A stretch of DNA of 64,000 nucleotides from Podarcis bocagei (lineage: Eukaryota), in assembly GCA_964188305.1 (NCBI GenBank), contig OZ076886.1; one strand, given 5' to 3'. This document shows, one piece after another, positions 24,573 through 38,300 of the stretch; the stretch's first letter is position 1, and each line of letters begins with the position of its first letter. The position numbers were made by a program, and so were the translations under genes. A model generated the notes under the pieces. The model saw only the letters and a program-made list of their open reading frames with translations, searched no databases and had not been told where the DNA came from.

Positions 24573-26741
24573 GTAGAGGGGAACATAATCCCCCCCTTTT
24601 TTGCTGTACCAGATCTCTGGCAGCTGGACCCTTAGGATCCAGCAGATTCTTGGCCAGACCAACTCTGCTCCCAGCACGGTGCTGTTTGATCCCCTGTTTC
24701 AGCTATTGCTGGTAGGAACACCATCAGTTGTAGTATTGACTCTGCCATGCTTTCTGCAGCTGTAGCTCAGGCCTCTGCAGAGGCAGAGATCCTACCCCCT
24801 GCCTGCTGATGAAACACCCACTAGCTCCTAATCCCTTAAAGTATCATGGACTGAGGATTAAGATTGCACCTTTATTCTTTCAAATATAATTATGTTTTAA
24901 AAGGAGGCAAGCATTACACAATGTTATTAATTCAGGCCAAAAAAATCATCATTATCATCAACAACAACAACAGCCAGTATCAACCTGTCACAATAGCAAA
25001 GAAAATATTTAAGGAAAAAATCATAGACATCTTTATACAGAATCTGATTGAGATTTCCGGTTGCCAAATTACCTGACCTGTGTACATATATACCTCTGAC
25101 CTTTCTAAGGAGTCTTAATGTGGCCGGAGGTGGCATGTGCAGACTGCATGACCATCTATGATCTGCAAAACTTTCCCAGTATGAACTAGATGCTATAGCG
25201 TAGATGCAAAAGGTGGAGGTTTGAACATATATACCTATTGTGTTCAAAGTCAGTCCACCCTCATATTTTGAAATCTAGAATACTGAAAGTAATTTGTCAT
25301 GGACTGGGAGGAGGTAAAATGTGTAGATGCAGCCTAATCTGCTGAGGAGCTATACGTATTAAACTCACCATGGGCACATCTCCTTCCTTTAGACCTTGCT
25401 TCCATAGGGCGAATGCATGAAAAAGCAAGGACAATTATTGCACATATAATATTGGAATCAAGCCTACAATTCAAGCTTACACATGTTGGATGTTTTTGCA
25501 TGTAAGCTCTAGTGCAAATCAAACACCCACAGATCAGACACTGGGGCTGATCATGTGCTCACTGTGGGTGGGGCAAGCAGCTGTGATCTCATTCCTTTAT
25601 CACATATATTCAATTGCACTGCCCAGGGAGCCCTTTTAAGGACCAAAATATAGGGTATAAAAGGTTTTATAAGGAAAAGGCTTATCAGAGCTGTTAAGCA
25701 TATCCATTGCGTGCAGATAAACATCCAATTCTTTCCATTAAAGCCTTCTTAATCTTTTTCATTCAATTCTGCAGAGAAATGTGGGAATGGCCAGTTCATT
25801 ACACTGAACTTGTGTCTGAATATTCAAAGGTGGGGGGGGGGGGAGAGCTCCTGTTCTTAGCTCTTGCTTGCAGATTTCCCACGGGCATCTAGTTGGTCAC
25901 TTGTGAGAACAGAATGCTGGATCCGATGGGCCAGCAGGCTCTTCTTTATAGTCTTACATCATGAATGTTGGGATGGTTTCAAAACTTGTATCTGCCATCA
26001 TAATTTACATTGTGTTCTATAGACATGAGCTGTAATCTTGCACATTGCTATGACCCATTGACACAGGGATTTCAGCCTTGTGCAGCATCTATGCACGATA
26101 CCATTAAGCTACGTGTGCGTTGTGTGTGCTTTTTAAATAAACATGTCTGCTCATATGTGTGTCCATTTTTGTTTCCAATGCATTAAACAGGACAAGCTGC
26201 AAACATTACTTCCGCTTCTGTTGGCACACCATCAGGACTCCCTCAGGTATTCTGAACTTACAATTTACCTGTGTATTGTTTTCCTTTCTACACTGTCATA
26301 TCATTCTTAAAGCACTTGGTGTTAAAGCACCTGCTTTACATACAGGAAGTCCCAAATTCAATCTCTCCCATATCAAGATAGGGTTGGAAAAGACTCCTGC
26401 TAGATACCCTGAGTTGCTGCCAGTCAGTATACAGAAATTGACAAATGATCTGGCACACCACAAGGCAGCTTTCCGTGTTCTGGTGTAGTAATCAAAACTA
26501 GGGCTGGTGACAGAGGGTTGTCTCCAGTGCTGCACAAGCCACTCACCCTTTCTCTGCACCCACAGATCTGACTCAGAGGGTCCCCAATCATTGAGCAGAT
26601 TTTGAGGGTGTGTGGTAGGCTGGCGGGGGAAGAGGAAAGTGAAGTTCTGTTGCATAAGTGGAAGTCCATTACACAAGTAACAGCAGCATTAGATACAACC
26701 CATGTTCTCCAACTAGACCATGTTCTTGTATGTTACTTCAG

Positions 26742-27358
26742 GTTGCTCAGAAAGATGCTTCTAAGAGGAGTGAAAAGGAAAATACTGCGCCGTTACTTGA
26801 AGAGAAAAGTAAATCTGAAAAGGATGACTCTGTGGACTCAAGCTGTAGTGAGAAACAAGCTGAAACACACGACAGCACACCAGCAAAAACTATTGGCAGA
26901 TTTTCAGTGGTCAGTACACAGGATGAGTTAACTTTACCACCTGTGCATTCCTTGAGATACTCTGCACCACCAGATGTTTATCTAGATGATCAACCTTCTA
27001 GCCCTGATATGAAGACTTCTTTGCGGCGTGTGCAGACAGCATCCTCTATCGATGTACTTTGTGGTCAGGATTCTAGTGATTCTGGCGATGAATCTCTTCA
27101 AAGGAAACCATCTGCAGCTCCACCATCACCACAGAGCAGTAGTGCAGGAAATGACTACGTGAAAAAGACCTCATCTTTTCTGCAAAAGTCTGGAAAGTCC
27201 AGTTCACAAGGCCTTGATTCTCCTAACGGTCATGGATCAAAAATCCCAACCATCAACATAACTTCTTTCCATTCACAATCGTCATATGTGAGCAGTGACA
27301 ATGACTCGGAGTTTGAAGATGCAGACATGAAGAAAGAATTGCAGCACCTGAGGGAAAA
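26742..27358 (+). CDS. WNK2: WNK2 exon (VAQKD...PAKTIGRFSVVSTQDE...SSDNDSEFEDADMKKELQHLRE), phase 0-2; contains RFxV SPAK/OSR1-binding motif
   Basis: CAG acceptor; AAA|GTATGT donor; highly conserved motifs. Confidence 0.95.
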
Positions 27359-27579
27359 GTATGTTTCATTTCCATCAGAATGTCTGGTGTCATTTTGTGC
27401 GTTTGTGATATTTTTACAGCATTTAATCCGTTTCTGTTTCTTTCCTGCGCGTTTATTACAAGTTGGAGTCGCTTGATATTCCAAGTAAATCAACTTCCTT
27501 CCTTTGGCCTAGTTCTCCTGAGCTGGCAGTCAAGTATCTGGACGGCATCACGTAAGGTTAAAGGTGAAGGACTGAGGTT

Positions 27580-27830
27580 GAAGGATGGCTTCAAAGGAGG
27601 ATTAGACAAATACATGGAGGCTGTCAGTGGCTGCTAACACTGATGCCTATGTTCTACCTCTATTGTTAAGAGGCAGCATGCCTCTGAATACCAGTGGCTG
27701 GAATTCAGGAGAGGAGAGGGCTGTTGTGCTCAGGTCCTGCTTGCAGACTTCCCATGGGCATCTGGTTGGCGACTGTGAGAAATGGAGGGTGGACCCAGTG
27801 GCTGGTTTAGCAGGCTCTGGTTTATGTTCT
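27580..27830 (+). mobile_element. CR1-type LINE 3' end fragment
   Basis: GATGGCTTCAAAGGAGGATTAGACAAATACATGGAGG (DGFKGGLDKYME) followed by a 3' UTR-like segment; reverse-complement similarity to 29190-29440. Confidence 0.7.
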
Positions 27831-29189
27831 TCAGTTGGAGCAGCTTATTCCCCTTCTCTTTATTTTATAGGTGTTTTCCATTGTTGAAGATAGAATTGTT
27901 ATATGAACCTCACACTTAGTCTGAAGTGGTAGAGTCCCAACACAGTAAGAACTAGGCCTATATCAGAACATCTGAGAAGCAACAAGGTCATCATGATCCA
28001 TGACACTTGTGGATGTTAGCTTAATATAAAGTAAACACAGTTTTTCTTTCCATTAACAGGACACGTCTACCAGCCCCCCCCACATGCCCCTAAAACTGTT
28101 CCTCCTTCTCTCACTATTCTGTTGCCCTCATCTAATTTCATGTGAAGCTTTGATCCTGTCCTCTTCTAAAACCACATAGCCATCTTCTTTGTCATTTCTC
28201 CTCCTTTCCATCCCAGTATCAGCCTACGCCTTTCATCTAACTCCTCCCCTTCTGTATTCATATATGCCACTGTTCACCCTATTTCTTATCCCAGTCTCCC
28301 TCTCCAATTTCTCTTCTGGCCTTTAACTCCTCCTTTTTGCGTATTTCAGCTTCCTTCTTACTTTGTTTCCTCCAACTCTGCTGTTGATCACATTACATTA
28401 CATTTATTTAATTACTTAATTTCTACACCACCCTTTCTCCCAACGGTGGCCACCTTCAGCATTTCACTAATGCTCCTTTCACCCAAATCACCAGTAATTT
28501 ACTTGTGGAGGAAGGGAGGATGCTCAGGAAAGCTTTGCACACCTATTTCTTGTCCAACAGCTGCCCAACAGCCCTGCAGTGCTGCCAGCTGGGTTTTACT
28601 ATTCTGTTGTTGCTACCAGTACTACCCTGTTTTGGTCGCCTACAGCCACAGAAAAGGAGGAGCAACCAGGACTATTCAATTAGTTGTTCAATCCTGGCAT
28701 CCTGGACCAGTGCACCTCCAGCTAATCCACCGCTATTTCTTACCATGACTACTGCAACCTTCTCCTGTTTGGTTTTCCATTTTCTTAACTTGGTCCCCTC
28801 ACCTCTATTCCACACTCTTTCAAAATAATTCACCCTTTTCATTGCTCTTCTCATGTGTCATTCCTTTTTAAAGCTCTGCACTGGCTTCCTGTCTACTCCT
28901 GCATCATGCACAAGCTTTTCAGTATTAACTTTTAATAGCCTTCGTGGTCATGCCTCCTTTTCTTTTCCTACACAGGATTTTGTGTGTGTGTCTGAGGTGG
29001 TATCATATGACTGGTTTTCTATTGAAATATTTGCTTAACTCAGAGTTTGGGATATATCTCATGCAGTGTGCATGAAAAAGACTGCCTGTGATCCTAATGT
29101 GGATACTATGTACAAATTATATATTAGGCATATGCTCTCTCGGTGGGTGGGTGGGTGGGTGTTTTACGCACACGCACGCACACACATGC

Positions 29190-29740
29190 ACAGAGCCTTC
29201 TGGATCAGGCAAATGACCCATCTAGTGCAGAATCCTGTTCTTACAGCTGCCAAACAGAAGCCTGTGGGAAACCTGCAGGCAGGATCCAAGCACGCCCCCC
29301 TCCTGTGGTTTCCAGCAACAAGTATTCAAGAGCATTGCTGCCTGCAACTGTGGAGGCAGAGCAGAGCCATCATGGCTAGTAACATCCCATAGCCTTCTCC
29401 TACTTAAATCTGTCTAATCCTCTTTCAAAACCATCCAGCTTGGTGACCATCGCTGTTGGAGTGAGTCCCATTGTTCAGCTGTGTGCCGCGTGAAGAAGGC
29501 ATTTATTTTCTCTGTCCTGAATCTTCCAACATTCAGCTTCATCAGTAGTCCATGAGTTCTTGTGTTATGAGAGAGGGAGGAAAACTTTTCTCTATGTACT
29601 TTCTGCATCATTTTATAAATGTCTATCAGGCCACCTCTTATTCACCTTTTCTCTAAACTAAAAAGTTGCAACCTTTCTTCATAGGGGAGTTGCTCCATCC
29701 CCTTGATTATTTTCGTTGCCCTTTTCCGAACCTTTTCCAA
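29190..29740 (-). mobile_element. CR1-type LINE 3' fragment
   Basis: Minus-strand translation TRTHGLLMKLNVGRFRTEK..FFT..WDSL is typical of the CR1 ORF2 C-terminus. Confidence 0.8.
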
Positions 29741-29811
29741 CACACACACACACACACACACACTTAAGCAGCACTTTGAATTTGATGTAACAACCTGTTT
29801 CTGTTCTTCAG

Positions 29812-30026
29812 ACACATGAAAGAAATTACTGAGCTGCAGACTCAGCAGAAGAAAGAAATAGAAGCCCTGTACATCCGACTGGGGAAGCCTTTACCACCAA
29901 ATATCGGGTTCCTTCATTCTGCCCCGCCAACTGGCCGTCGACGAAGAACCAGCAAGAGCAAATTAAAAACTGGGAAATTAATAAATCCTGTTGTTCAACA
30001 GCTCAAAACAACAACATCCAGTACAA
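29812..30026 (+). CDS. WNK2: WNK2 exon, C-terminal coiled coil (KHMKEITELQTQQKKEIEALYIRLGKPLPP...TTTSST), phase 2-1
   Basis: CAG acceptor; CAA|GTACGT donor; conserved WNK coiled coil. Confidence 0.96.
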
Positions 30027-30857
30027 GTACGTGCATCAGATAACTTTCTCCTATGAGTAACTTTACCAGTGCTATCCTTTTGCTGCCACATGTTTATGAA
30101 GTGCACATGATGTGTGGTGAAAAGCATCTGTGTCAGTTTTACATTTGCATTGTTCTCGCAGAGAGACTCAAGATTTCAAATTGAGGACTGTTTTGTAAGG
30201 CAGTGGGTTTTTTGTTTTTGTTTTTACATTTGCACTATTTGACCCCAGAACAAACGAAGGCCTGTTAAAATGGATTTACTTAAATTGACCTTTAGCACAT
30301 TTTCCTGTTGCGTAAATTAACACGTAAATCCAGCACTGAAGCAACATTAAACACCACCGCAGCAACAGCATACGGAAACATTTGTAAAACCTTATTTCTA
30401 GGTATAAGACTGTGTCTTGATTAGAAAATGGTATTCTTCTGCCTGGTTGCAGCTTAGTCTCTATGGTCTGAACATGATCCAGCTCAGTATTGGGGAAGCA
30501 CCAGGCCCGATAGAGTTCTGCTTATGTCTTTCTTCCCCTTGGCACACCAAGCCATTAGTAGGCATGGGAAGGGTGGCATGCACAGAAGAAGCATGACATT
30601 CAAGTTCCTCCACATGTGGCTGTACCTATATAGGATATATCTATATTAACATCAGTAATAGCAAAACACCATTTTTTTGTTAAAAGAAATAATGGGGGGG
30701 GGACCACCCTAATTCTCATAATGCACTTTAAAACCCTACAGACTGTTTTATGATTTAGTTGCTTTTTGTTTCTGTTGGGTGGTATCCAACTATTTTTTAC
30801 ACAAAATAGACCCACTGATATGAATGAACATGACCACATTATGTGCATTAATTTCAG

Positions 30858-31530
30858 TAGTTGCGGGTCCAGGCATTGTGCTCCCCGTTCCCCAACCTCA
30901 GATAAATAAAAGACCACTGAGACTGGGTTTGGATCGAAACAGGCCACAACTTTATTGAATACAGATGAAAGAGGTTTGGCTTGGGCATGGGACAATCAAA
31001 ATACTTCCGGCCCGCCCACTGGAAGTTACACATAGGTCAATCCAGGCAGGGGTTCCTAAGACTTACATCAAATAGGGTGACCCCCAAATCCCTTTAACGG
31101 GTTACCCCAGCGTTTGGAGCAGCAGGCAGAAACTACAACCCCCTCTCCATCCAAGACAAAGGATTGTCCCAATGCCCAACTCAGTTGCGACGATTGCTAT
31201 GAGGTAGGCAAAACCACCAGGTTGGAGCCAATTTGCCCGGTGGACAAAGTCCTACCCAGCCCCATAAAATGGCGACCACAGCAAAGTCCTTGACTATCAA
31301 CTTGAACCAAGGGTGAGGAATCCGATGAGGGAAAAGCAGGTAGGGCCCCAGGTGTGGGCCGTTTAAATGGCCAGGGAGCGGACCCAAGGGAAGCCTTCCC
31401 GCTCCACCCGCTCCACCCCCTCGCCAAGCCCATGTCCTAGCATGCATCCCCATTCACCAAACCGGGATGCAGGCCAGGATCTGGCTCCTGATAGGCGGCT
31501 CAGGCTTACGCCCATGCCACCTATCAGGAA
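30858..31530 (-). mobile_element. LTR-like element (possible solo LTR; boundaries approximate)
   Basis: GC- and CpG-richer insert with GGCCACAACTTTATTG (minus-strand polyA signal); no recognisable coding content. Confidence 0.45.
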
Positions 31531-33544
31531 GGGGCACTGATGTTAGGATTCTCTCATCAGGGGGCCTGGTGGAACTTCTGCTGTCCTTCAACACCGCCTC
31601 ACCGAAAGGATGAGTGGACTTGGAACTCAATGTAGTGCTGAGGAGATTGCTGATAGAATGCAGTCCTCCACACCTCACACTGTTCTGTGGAATCTTCCAA
31701 GAGTAGATTTGAGGGAGGGGTGTGGGGTATGGGAGCCAAGCCCCCTTGCACTGGCTTCTCCTAGTGGAATGGGGTAGATGACATACCTTTTTAACATTTG
31801 TTTTATTATTTCTGTATACCAGGCTGAAGATATGATGGGTGATATTAAAAAGCACCTTTTAAATTGCATGTTCCCACCTCTGATTTTTGTATGCCCAAAA
31901 GGAAGTATGGGCTACCCTTGGAAATCGCCCACTTCCTGCAGTCTTTGCTGTAGCTGATGTGGGGCATCTTCCCTACAACCTTTGCATAGAAAATGCTGTA
32001 GCATTTTTCTATACTAAGTTATGAACTTTTTGTGTTTGAAACTTGTTTACATGGGGATTTTTTGCTTCCATCCCATAGGTTTCCAACCACTGTCAGCAGT
32101 TTTAAAGTAAATTGGGGCAGAGGGAAAGAATCCTTGTAAAACTCTTTAATTTCTTCATTACCACGCCTACTCATTGCGTAAAAGTTGATAGGTGAAGACC
32201 ATCTTTTTTCCCTAATCTCTGTTCTCCAGAAAATGGGACAATGAAATTCAGTATTTTAATTTTTATTTCTGACTAATTTCTACTTAAATGTGAAGGCCAT
32301 TGTAGTTCCTGGAGAAAGGGAGGACGGGTTTTGCTCAGCCATTCCATCTGATAGAGTGGCTCAATCTTGCACTGTTTATCTGAAATGATTCCTTTCAGTC
32401 TTCCCCCCAACTGCCCTCAACCCAGGTGAGCAGTATTGCTTTTTTCCTCACAATGCAGAAGTGCAGTTTCATCTCTGCCCTTTATCCAGTTTCTTCTTCT
32501 TTTAGGGTTATTCATTCATAGGATGTTGGGAAATGAAGCAAGCTTCTTCAGGGAAGTGATGGTCTCTCCTTTCCCTGGAGATCATTTTAAGAGAAGGCCA
32601 GATGAGTTCCTGTGAAAATGGGTTTAAGTTTGGGTGGCTGGGGGGGGGGGGTGAATTCCGCCCAGACTCTGGATGGACTAAGACTTTAATCCTTTATGTA
32701 CCTACTTGGGAGTGAATCCCATTGCATAAACTTTTAGTTATTTCTGAGTGGTCATGCGTAGGACGAGGCCACGAGTAACTCTTTCAAGTCTCTTAAAAAA
32801 TCCAGACAATAACAACATTGTTTTGTGTCCCCATTTTACGTGCCCATTGGGGTTTTCATCTTGTGTTTCCCAAACAGCAGTCTTTCACAAACACATACAT
32901 ACACCAGATTTCTAAAATACACTTTTTAAAAAATAGTTTGGATATGGCAATGGAAAAGTCCTGAAAAACCTTTGCCATCACCTAATGTAGCTCTCAGTCA
33001 TGGCATCCATCAATAATCCTATGTAGGTCTACTCAGATGTAAAATCTCACTGCATTCAGTGGTGTTAGTCAGCATACAAACATAGCTTATGTCCAAAAAA
33101 TGTAAAATGGGGTGGCTCTGCAAATTTTGTTGGACCAACTTCTATTGTTTACAGCCAGCATGACCACATGACCACTCGCCTGACCCATTGACAACTTAAT
33201 CACTGCTGTTTACTAGAAGGTGGTGCCAGGGAGAGGTGGTAGGAAGGTCAGCATGGTGCAAACACTAGATTGGTTATGCTGGTGTGTTTGCATTGTGCCA
33301 AACTTCCCACCTCCTCACCTTCTCCTTCTTGGTAAGGAGAAGTGATTCAGCTGTTGGGAGATCAGGTGAGTACCACTATGCCACCCACTACTGGTCAGGC
33401 ATCATAGGAATTGTAGTCCAAGGATATCTGTAGGCCCATAGCTTAGCTAAAGGCCCATAGCTTAGCTTAGCTATGGGCCTATTGTACAGCTACTGTTTTA
33501 AAGCTACTTTATTGTAAAGCTGCTGTCAGTTTTATTTCATATTA

Positions 33545-33870
33545 CAGTGGTGCCTCGCAAGACGAAAATAATCAGTTCTGTGATTCTCTTCATCTAGCGG
33601 TTTTTTCGTCTTGCGAAGCAAGCCCATTGACGGATTAGCGCTATTAGCGGCTTTTAGCGGCTTATCGGCTTATTGGATCAGCTGATAAGCGGCTTAGCGG
33701 CATAGAAAAAGGGGGGGAGGAAAAAAACCCCACAGGAACTCGCAAGACATTCTCGTCTTGCAAAGCAAGCCCATAGGAGATTCGTTTTGCGAAGCACCTC
33801 CAAAACGGAAAACTCTTTCGTCTAGCGAGTTTTCCGTCTTGCGAGGCATTCGTCTTGCGGGGCACCACTG
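33545..33870. mobile_element. Tc1/mariner-type MITE, copy 1
   Basis: TIRs CAGTGGTGCCTCGCAAGACGAA / TTCGTCTTGCGGGGCACCACTG; TA target duplication. Confidence 0.9.
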
Positions 33871-34070
33871 TATATTGGCATCAACACTTGCAAACTGAAC
33901 AGCAGGTTGGTTACCTGCAGTTGGAAGTGTTTCAACTGTGCAGCTTCATGCAGCTGTAGATTTCTTGCACTGCCTCAAAATATTTGAAGCGTTCTTCAGT
34001 AATGACCTGCTAGTTGGCAGCCAATCTTATTTCTTGGCGTTTGGTGATTTTTGCATGTATCCTTTTTTAG

Positions 34071-34286
34071 GTAGTGTATCAGACTGCAAAGACACTCTGG
34101 CTAAAGAAAATGCTAAAGCTCAGACTGGTTCTACTGAAGCGGCAGCACTAACTTCGTCCACATCAGCCATACTTGGAAAGTCCGTTCAGACACAGCAACC
34201 CTGCTCTGTCAAGGCTTCCTTGTCCACTGACATCTGCTCTGGATTAGCTACTGAGGGAGGCGATGCCCATGAAAATTCTGCCCAAG
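34071..34286 (+). CDS. WNK2: WNK2 exon (SVSDCKD...GKSVQTQQPCSVKASLSTDICSGL...SAQ), 216 nt, phase 1-1
   Basis: ttttttAG acceptor; AAG|GTGATT donor; matches human GKAVQTQQPCSVRASLSSDICSGL. Confidence 0.93.
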
Positions 34287-35268
34287 GTGATTCTATATAC
34301 TTGGGGTCATCATTCCTTCTATACTGAAATTAGCAATTATTTCAACATTAAAAGTGAATTTGTATGACGTTGGGAGTTGCAGGTTCAAACAGCTGCTCAG
34401 CGCACTGACTCGCAGTCTAAGCTACTTTATAGAGCGGTTAATAGGATAAATGTGATAAGAAAAGAAAGGGTCCTATAGTGATGATAACATTATTATAATG
34501 GGTCTTCAATTATCGTGAAATTGTAGATGTCCAAGTCATTAATGCATCTTTTGATAATGAGCAATATTTGAAAGGTTAGTACTGTAGTGTGTGAAAAATG
34601 AAGGTATCACATGTCTTAGATTCACATAATAGAAGAATTGCCAGTTTTCAAGGAATTGTACATCTTTTTTAAAAAAATAAGGAAATGGTCCTTTGTACAT
34701 TTAAACAATTTGGTAGGAGGGAAAGGCTGGCTTATTTTTCTTTTGGTTCATATTCTTAGATCCAAATCTGGTTCAGAATTTTGTTCCTAAGACATTCTTT
34801 CATATTGGGCCTATGCAAATATAGCATGGGAGCAATTAAGCTTTTACCACCTTGCAAGTTAGTTCCGTTATTCTCATGGGTTTCTGGCTTCACTAGAAGA
34901 TCTCTATCTCATTTGAGACACAGTTTCATATAATTGTAGTATTCGTATCTTGCAGTGCACAGTTCCATAGATTAGTCACGATATGTGTAGCAATATTTGT
35001 TGCAAAGTGTAATGATGATTAAAAAAACAATACTTTACTCAGTTCTGCATGTCCTGCCAAACTAATCCTACAAAGTATCTATTTTCTTCTGCTGTTATTT
35101 TTTGCATCCTTTTGCATATAGCCAATGAACTTACTCCTCTTTGGCAAGGCTAAAATGGAGATGTGGATGATAAACTAACAAAGCTGATATGACTGATGGT
35201 GACAACTGATCTCAGCTATTTGTACTTTATAAGTGTCTTTGTTTTCTTCCCTTTATATTCATTTGCAG

Positions 35269-35367
35269 GCTGGACGGTTTTCCACCAAACGTCTGAGAGA
35301 GTGACCTATAAATCTAGTAGCAAACCTCGTACCAGATTCCTCAGTGGACCTGTGTCTTTGTCCATCT
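35269..35367 (+). CDS. WNK2: WNK2 cassette-type exon (GWTVFHQTSERVTYKSSSKPRTRFLSGPVSLSI), 99 nt, phase 1-1
   Basis: Strong acceptor; weak TCT|GTTTGT donor; near-identical to human. Confidence 0.93.
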
Positions 35368-38300
35368 GTTTGTATTTGTTCTTTTGTATTTTATCATAGC
35401 CCATCTTTCTTTTGTCCCCCTTTTTCCAAAACTCATTTTCATATATATATATCTAAAACGTTTGACCGGGTGTCCTTTTCCCCCCACCTAGACACTCTCT
35501 TTGATTTCCTTCTTTAAAAGTTAATCATCATTGACACTATTTTTATTTATTTATTTTTTATTTTTTTATTTCACGTGGAAAGCTTTTGTGCACTGCTTTT
35601 GGCTCATGCCTGGGTACCAAAAGCATGTGTGGAAGATCTCATAATTTATTCTATAGCCTTATGGCAAATCTTACCCTGGACATATCTTTTATGTGATTTT
35701 ACGTTTAAGTAACTTTTAATTTCCAATGTGGCAGTTATAAATGTCTGCTGTCCCAGTTCCAGCGATACCAAAAAGAAATCCAACGTTCTGTAGACGAATG
35801 GTCTCTTTCACACATGTTTGGACTATGAAGACATGCATGTAGCAAGCTGACACAATACTAGAAGGTCACTGAAGGGTATAACTTCTGCACAAGGGCTGTA
35901 TTCAAACAATATACAGTACTGTCTATATCCACCCTTTTTATTACTGTTACTATTATTATTATTTTATTTGTTCTATCCCTTGCATGTGGAAATGCTGAGA
36001 AATGCTCCTGCTAGTTTTTTTTAAAACATCTTTTATGAGCAGTATTTTCTCCCCACACACAAAATGTATACTTTGGGTTTCTTTAAGTGAATTTTGTTAA
36101 ATGCAACTGTCGAGTTATTCTGCTACAAAGTGCAGTGTGGCTTTTATTGTTAACTCACCTAGCTGGAGCACTTTACTCGGTTGATTTTTACTATGACCTT
36201 ACGTGACCTCAGAGATGAAGTCAATAAGCAGTTCATCAAAGCACAGAATATTTTTTAAAAGAAAAATTAAAGTTCTAATGGCACTCTAGAATGTTTCACT
36301 GATACAATGTTTGGATTGATTTCAAATAGCCGTACAACTAAAAGCAAGTAGATGTTTCCTTAATTGTACAAGTATACCAATTGGCAGTTCAATCAACTCT
36401 CACATATATTTAACTTTTTTAAAGCAGGTATCAATTATAAGGCAAATAGATTTTTTTACTGTGCAGTCAAGATACATTGTACTGATAAGGTGATCTAGAC
36501 CTTTGTTACATGTAGTGCCAAAAAACAGGGACAGCGTTTTGGTAACTAAACATCCAGTTAATTCAGTGTTCATTTCCATTTGTATCAAACTTTTACCATT
36601 GGAACTATGCATTTTTTATCATTATTGAGGTGATGCAGATCAAAGGCACAAGACTACTCAAAATGCATCCTCCTTGATTCCCAAATAATTATATTTTTTT
36701 ATTTTAAAGCTTCATTAATATTTAATTATAAAGGGCTGGTGAGAACTGATACATATAGAGATCAGCGTATGAAGCAAGTCACCTTAAACTTTAACAGTAC
36801 TTTCAAGATCTAGAACTAATGGATAATATCCAACTAAGTTATATACATAATAGTTGATTTCAATGGGTCAGTTACAAGTATGATCAACATTGGATATTGC
36901 TAAGTGCTACTGAAATTTTCTGTATATAATTATTCTTGTTAACAATCTGGATGTGGTTGTAACTTTTTCTGTAGTCACAAGTAGTCAGAATAGTTCCATT
37001 TGTCTTCTACACTTTTGCTGTACACAACCCATTCTAATTTTAAACATTAAATGTTCTTAGCATTTGGTTCCATGACAGTAATGACAAAGATAACACACAA
37101 CTTACATTCTTAAACTAGTCATTTTAACTACTCACATGAGCCCTCAATTTTTTAGCATGGTGATGCAATTCTTTAGCAAAGCATTCTAAAGGGAAAACAA
37201 ATCAATTAATTGAATATGCTATCAGATGTTGTCATCTGGTTTGAAAGCAGAGAGTGGATGTGATCTGTTGGGTGAACTTTGCCATTTTTAATAAATCTTT
37301 TGCCCAAAGTTAGATGTTGTTAGACTGAATCTCACATATAATTTGACATCATCCGTTTCAAGTTATCTGGCTAGTATAGCAAAAAACAACTTCAATTTTG
37401 ATGCCCAGGACACACAAGAGGATAATGGGGCCACCACAATATCTGACACCTTTCAGTTGTCCAACACAATGAATTGGTTACCTGATTTCTATTTCTATTT
37501 TATTTATTTATTTTAGAGCTTTCTACCTCATCAGTTCCCAGAGCAGTTAACAAAAGTTAAAACCAAAACAAAACAAAAGCATTAAAACGTACTGCATAAA
37601 AGCAGTTGACTTCATAGTCTAGAATGAAATGTTTCTCATTTTAGCTGGTCCTCACCTCCACCTGCACATGCATAAACATTGTTGAGCAAGCATCATATCG
37701 GATAATGAACTTCAACTTCCATTAAAATAAAAAGTAACTGTCTTGTCCCTCCCATTGTGGAGAAACACTTGGGCATGGTGGGCTAAGTCTTCTGAAATTT
37801 CATAGCATTTTAGCCCCTTGTCCAGTGACAACTTTTCCATTCTCCTCATGCTTCTTTCCCTTGAGCAAGACTAGTATGGCCACATTTCAGTTTTTTTAAA
37901 AAAGCCTTATGTGCATCTGGAGCAAAAAAAAATAAAAATTTTCCCCTATCTGAATTTTAATCTCCATAAAAAGAAAGTTCTCGGAAGTACAAAGTACTTT
38001 CCAGATTCCCCTCCGTACCGTGGGCTGAAGTGTTGCTTTTCTGTAGTACAAACTCTTTCCTTGCATTTTGCTGGGATGATATATTGGTTGATACTTCAAC
38101 CAAAAAAAGGTTGACTTGTACTCTCCTTCTTCATTATATACATATCTGAAGGGCATGACAGAAACTCCATATACTGCCTTTTAGTGGGACTAAAGTGGTA
38201 CCTTGAAATCGTGTCTAGAAAAATACCTAATTTTGGTGGCAGTTTGCATAGCAATAGAATTTTATTTATTTCTTTTAAAAGATGACAGATATTTTTAAAA

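Noticed and set aside
26566-26741. Upstream extension of the 26742 exon or an extra exon at cacAG|ATCTG
   Set aside because: All three frames from this acceptor hit stops within about 15 codons, and the sequence looks like an old repeat.
31823-31960. Good-looking acceptor ttctgtataccAG
   Set aside because: In the required phase 1 it gives an immediate TGA; no support as a coding exon.
33662-33868. Near-identical peptides here and at 54087-54290, suggesting a duplicated small gene
   Set aside because: Both are chance frames in copies of a non-coding MITE.
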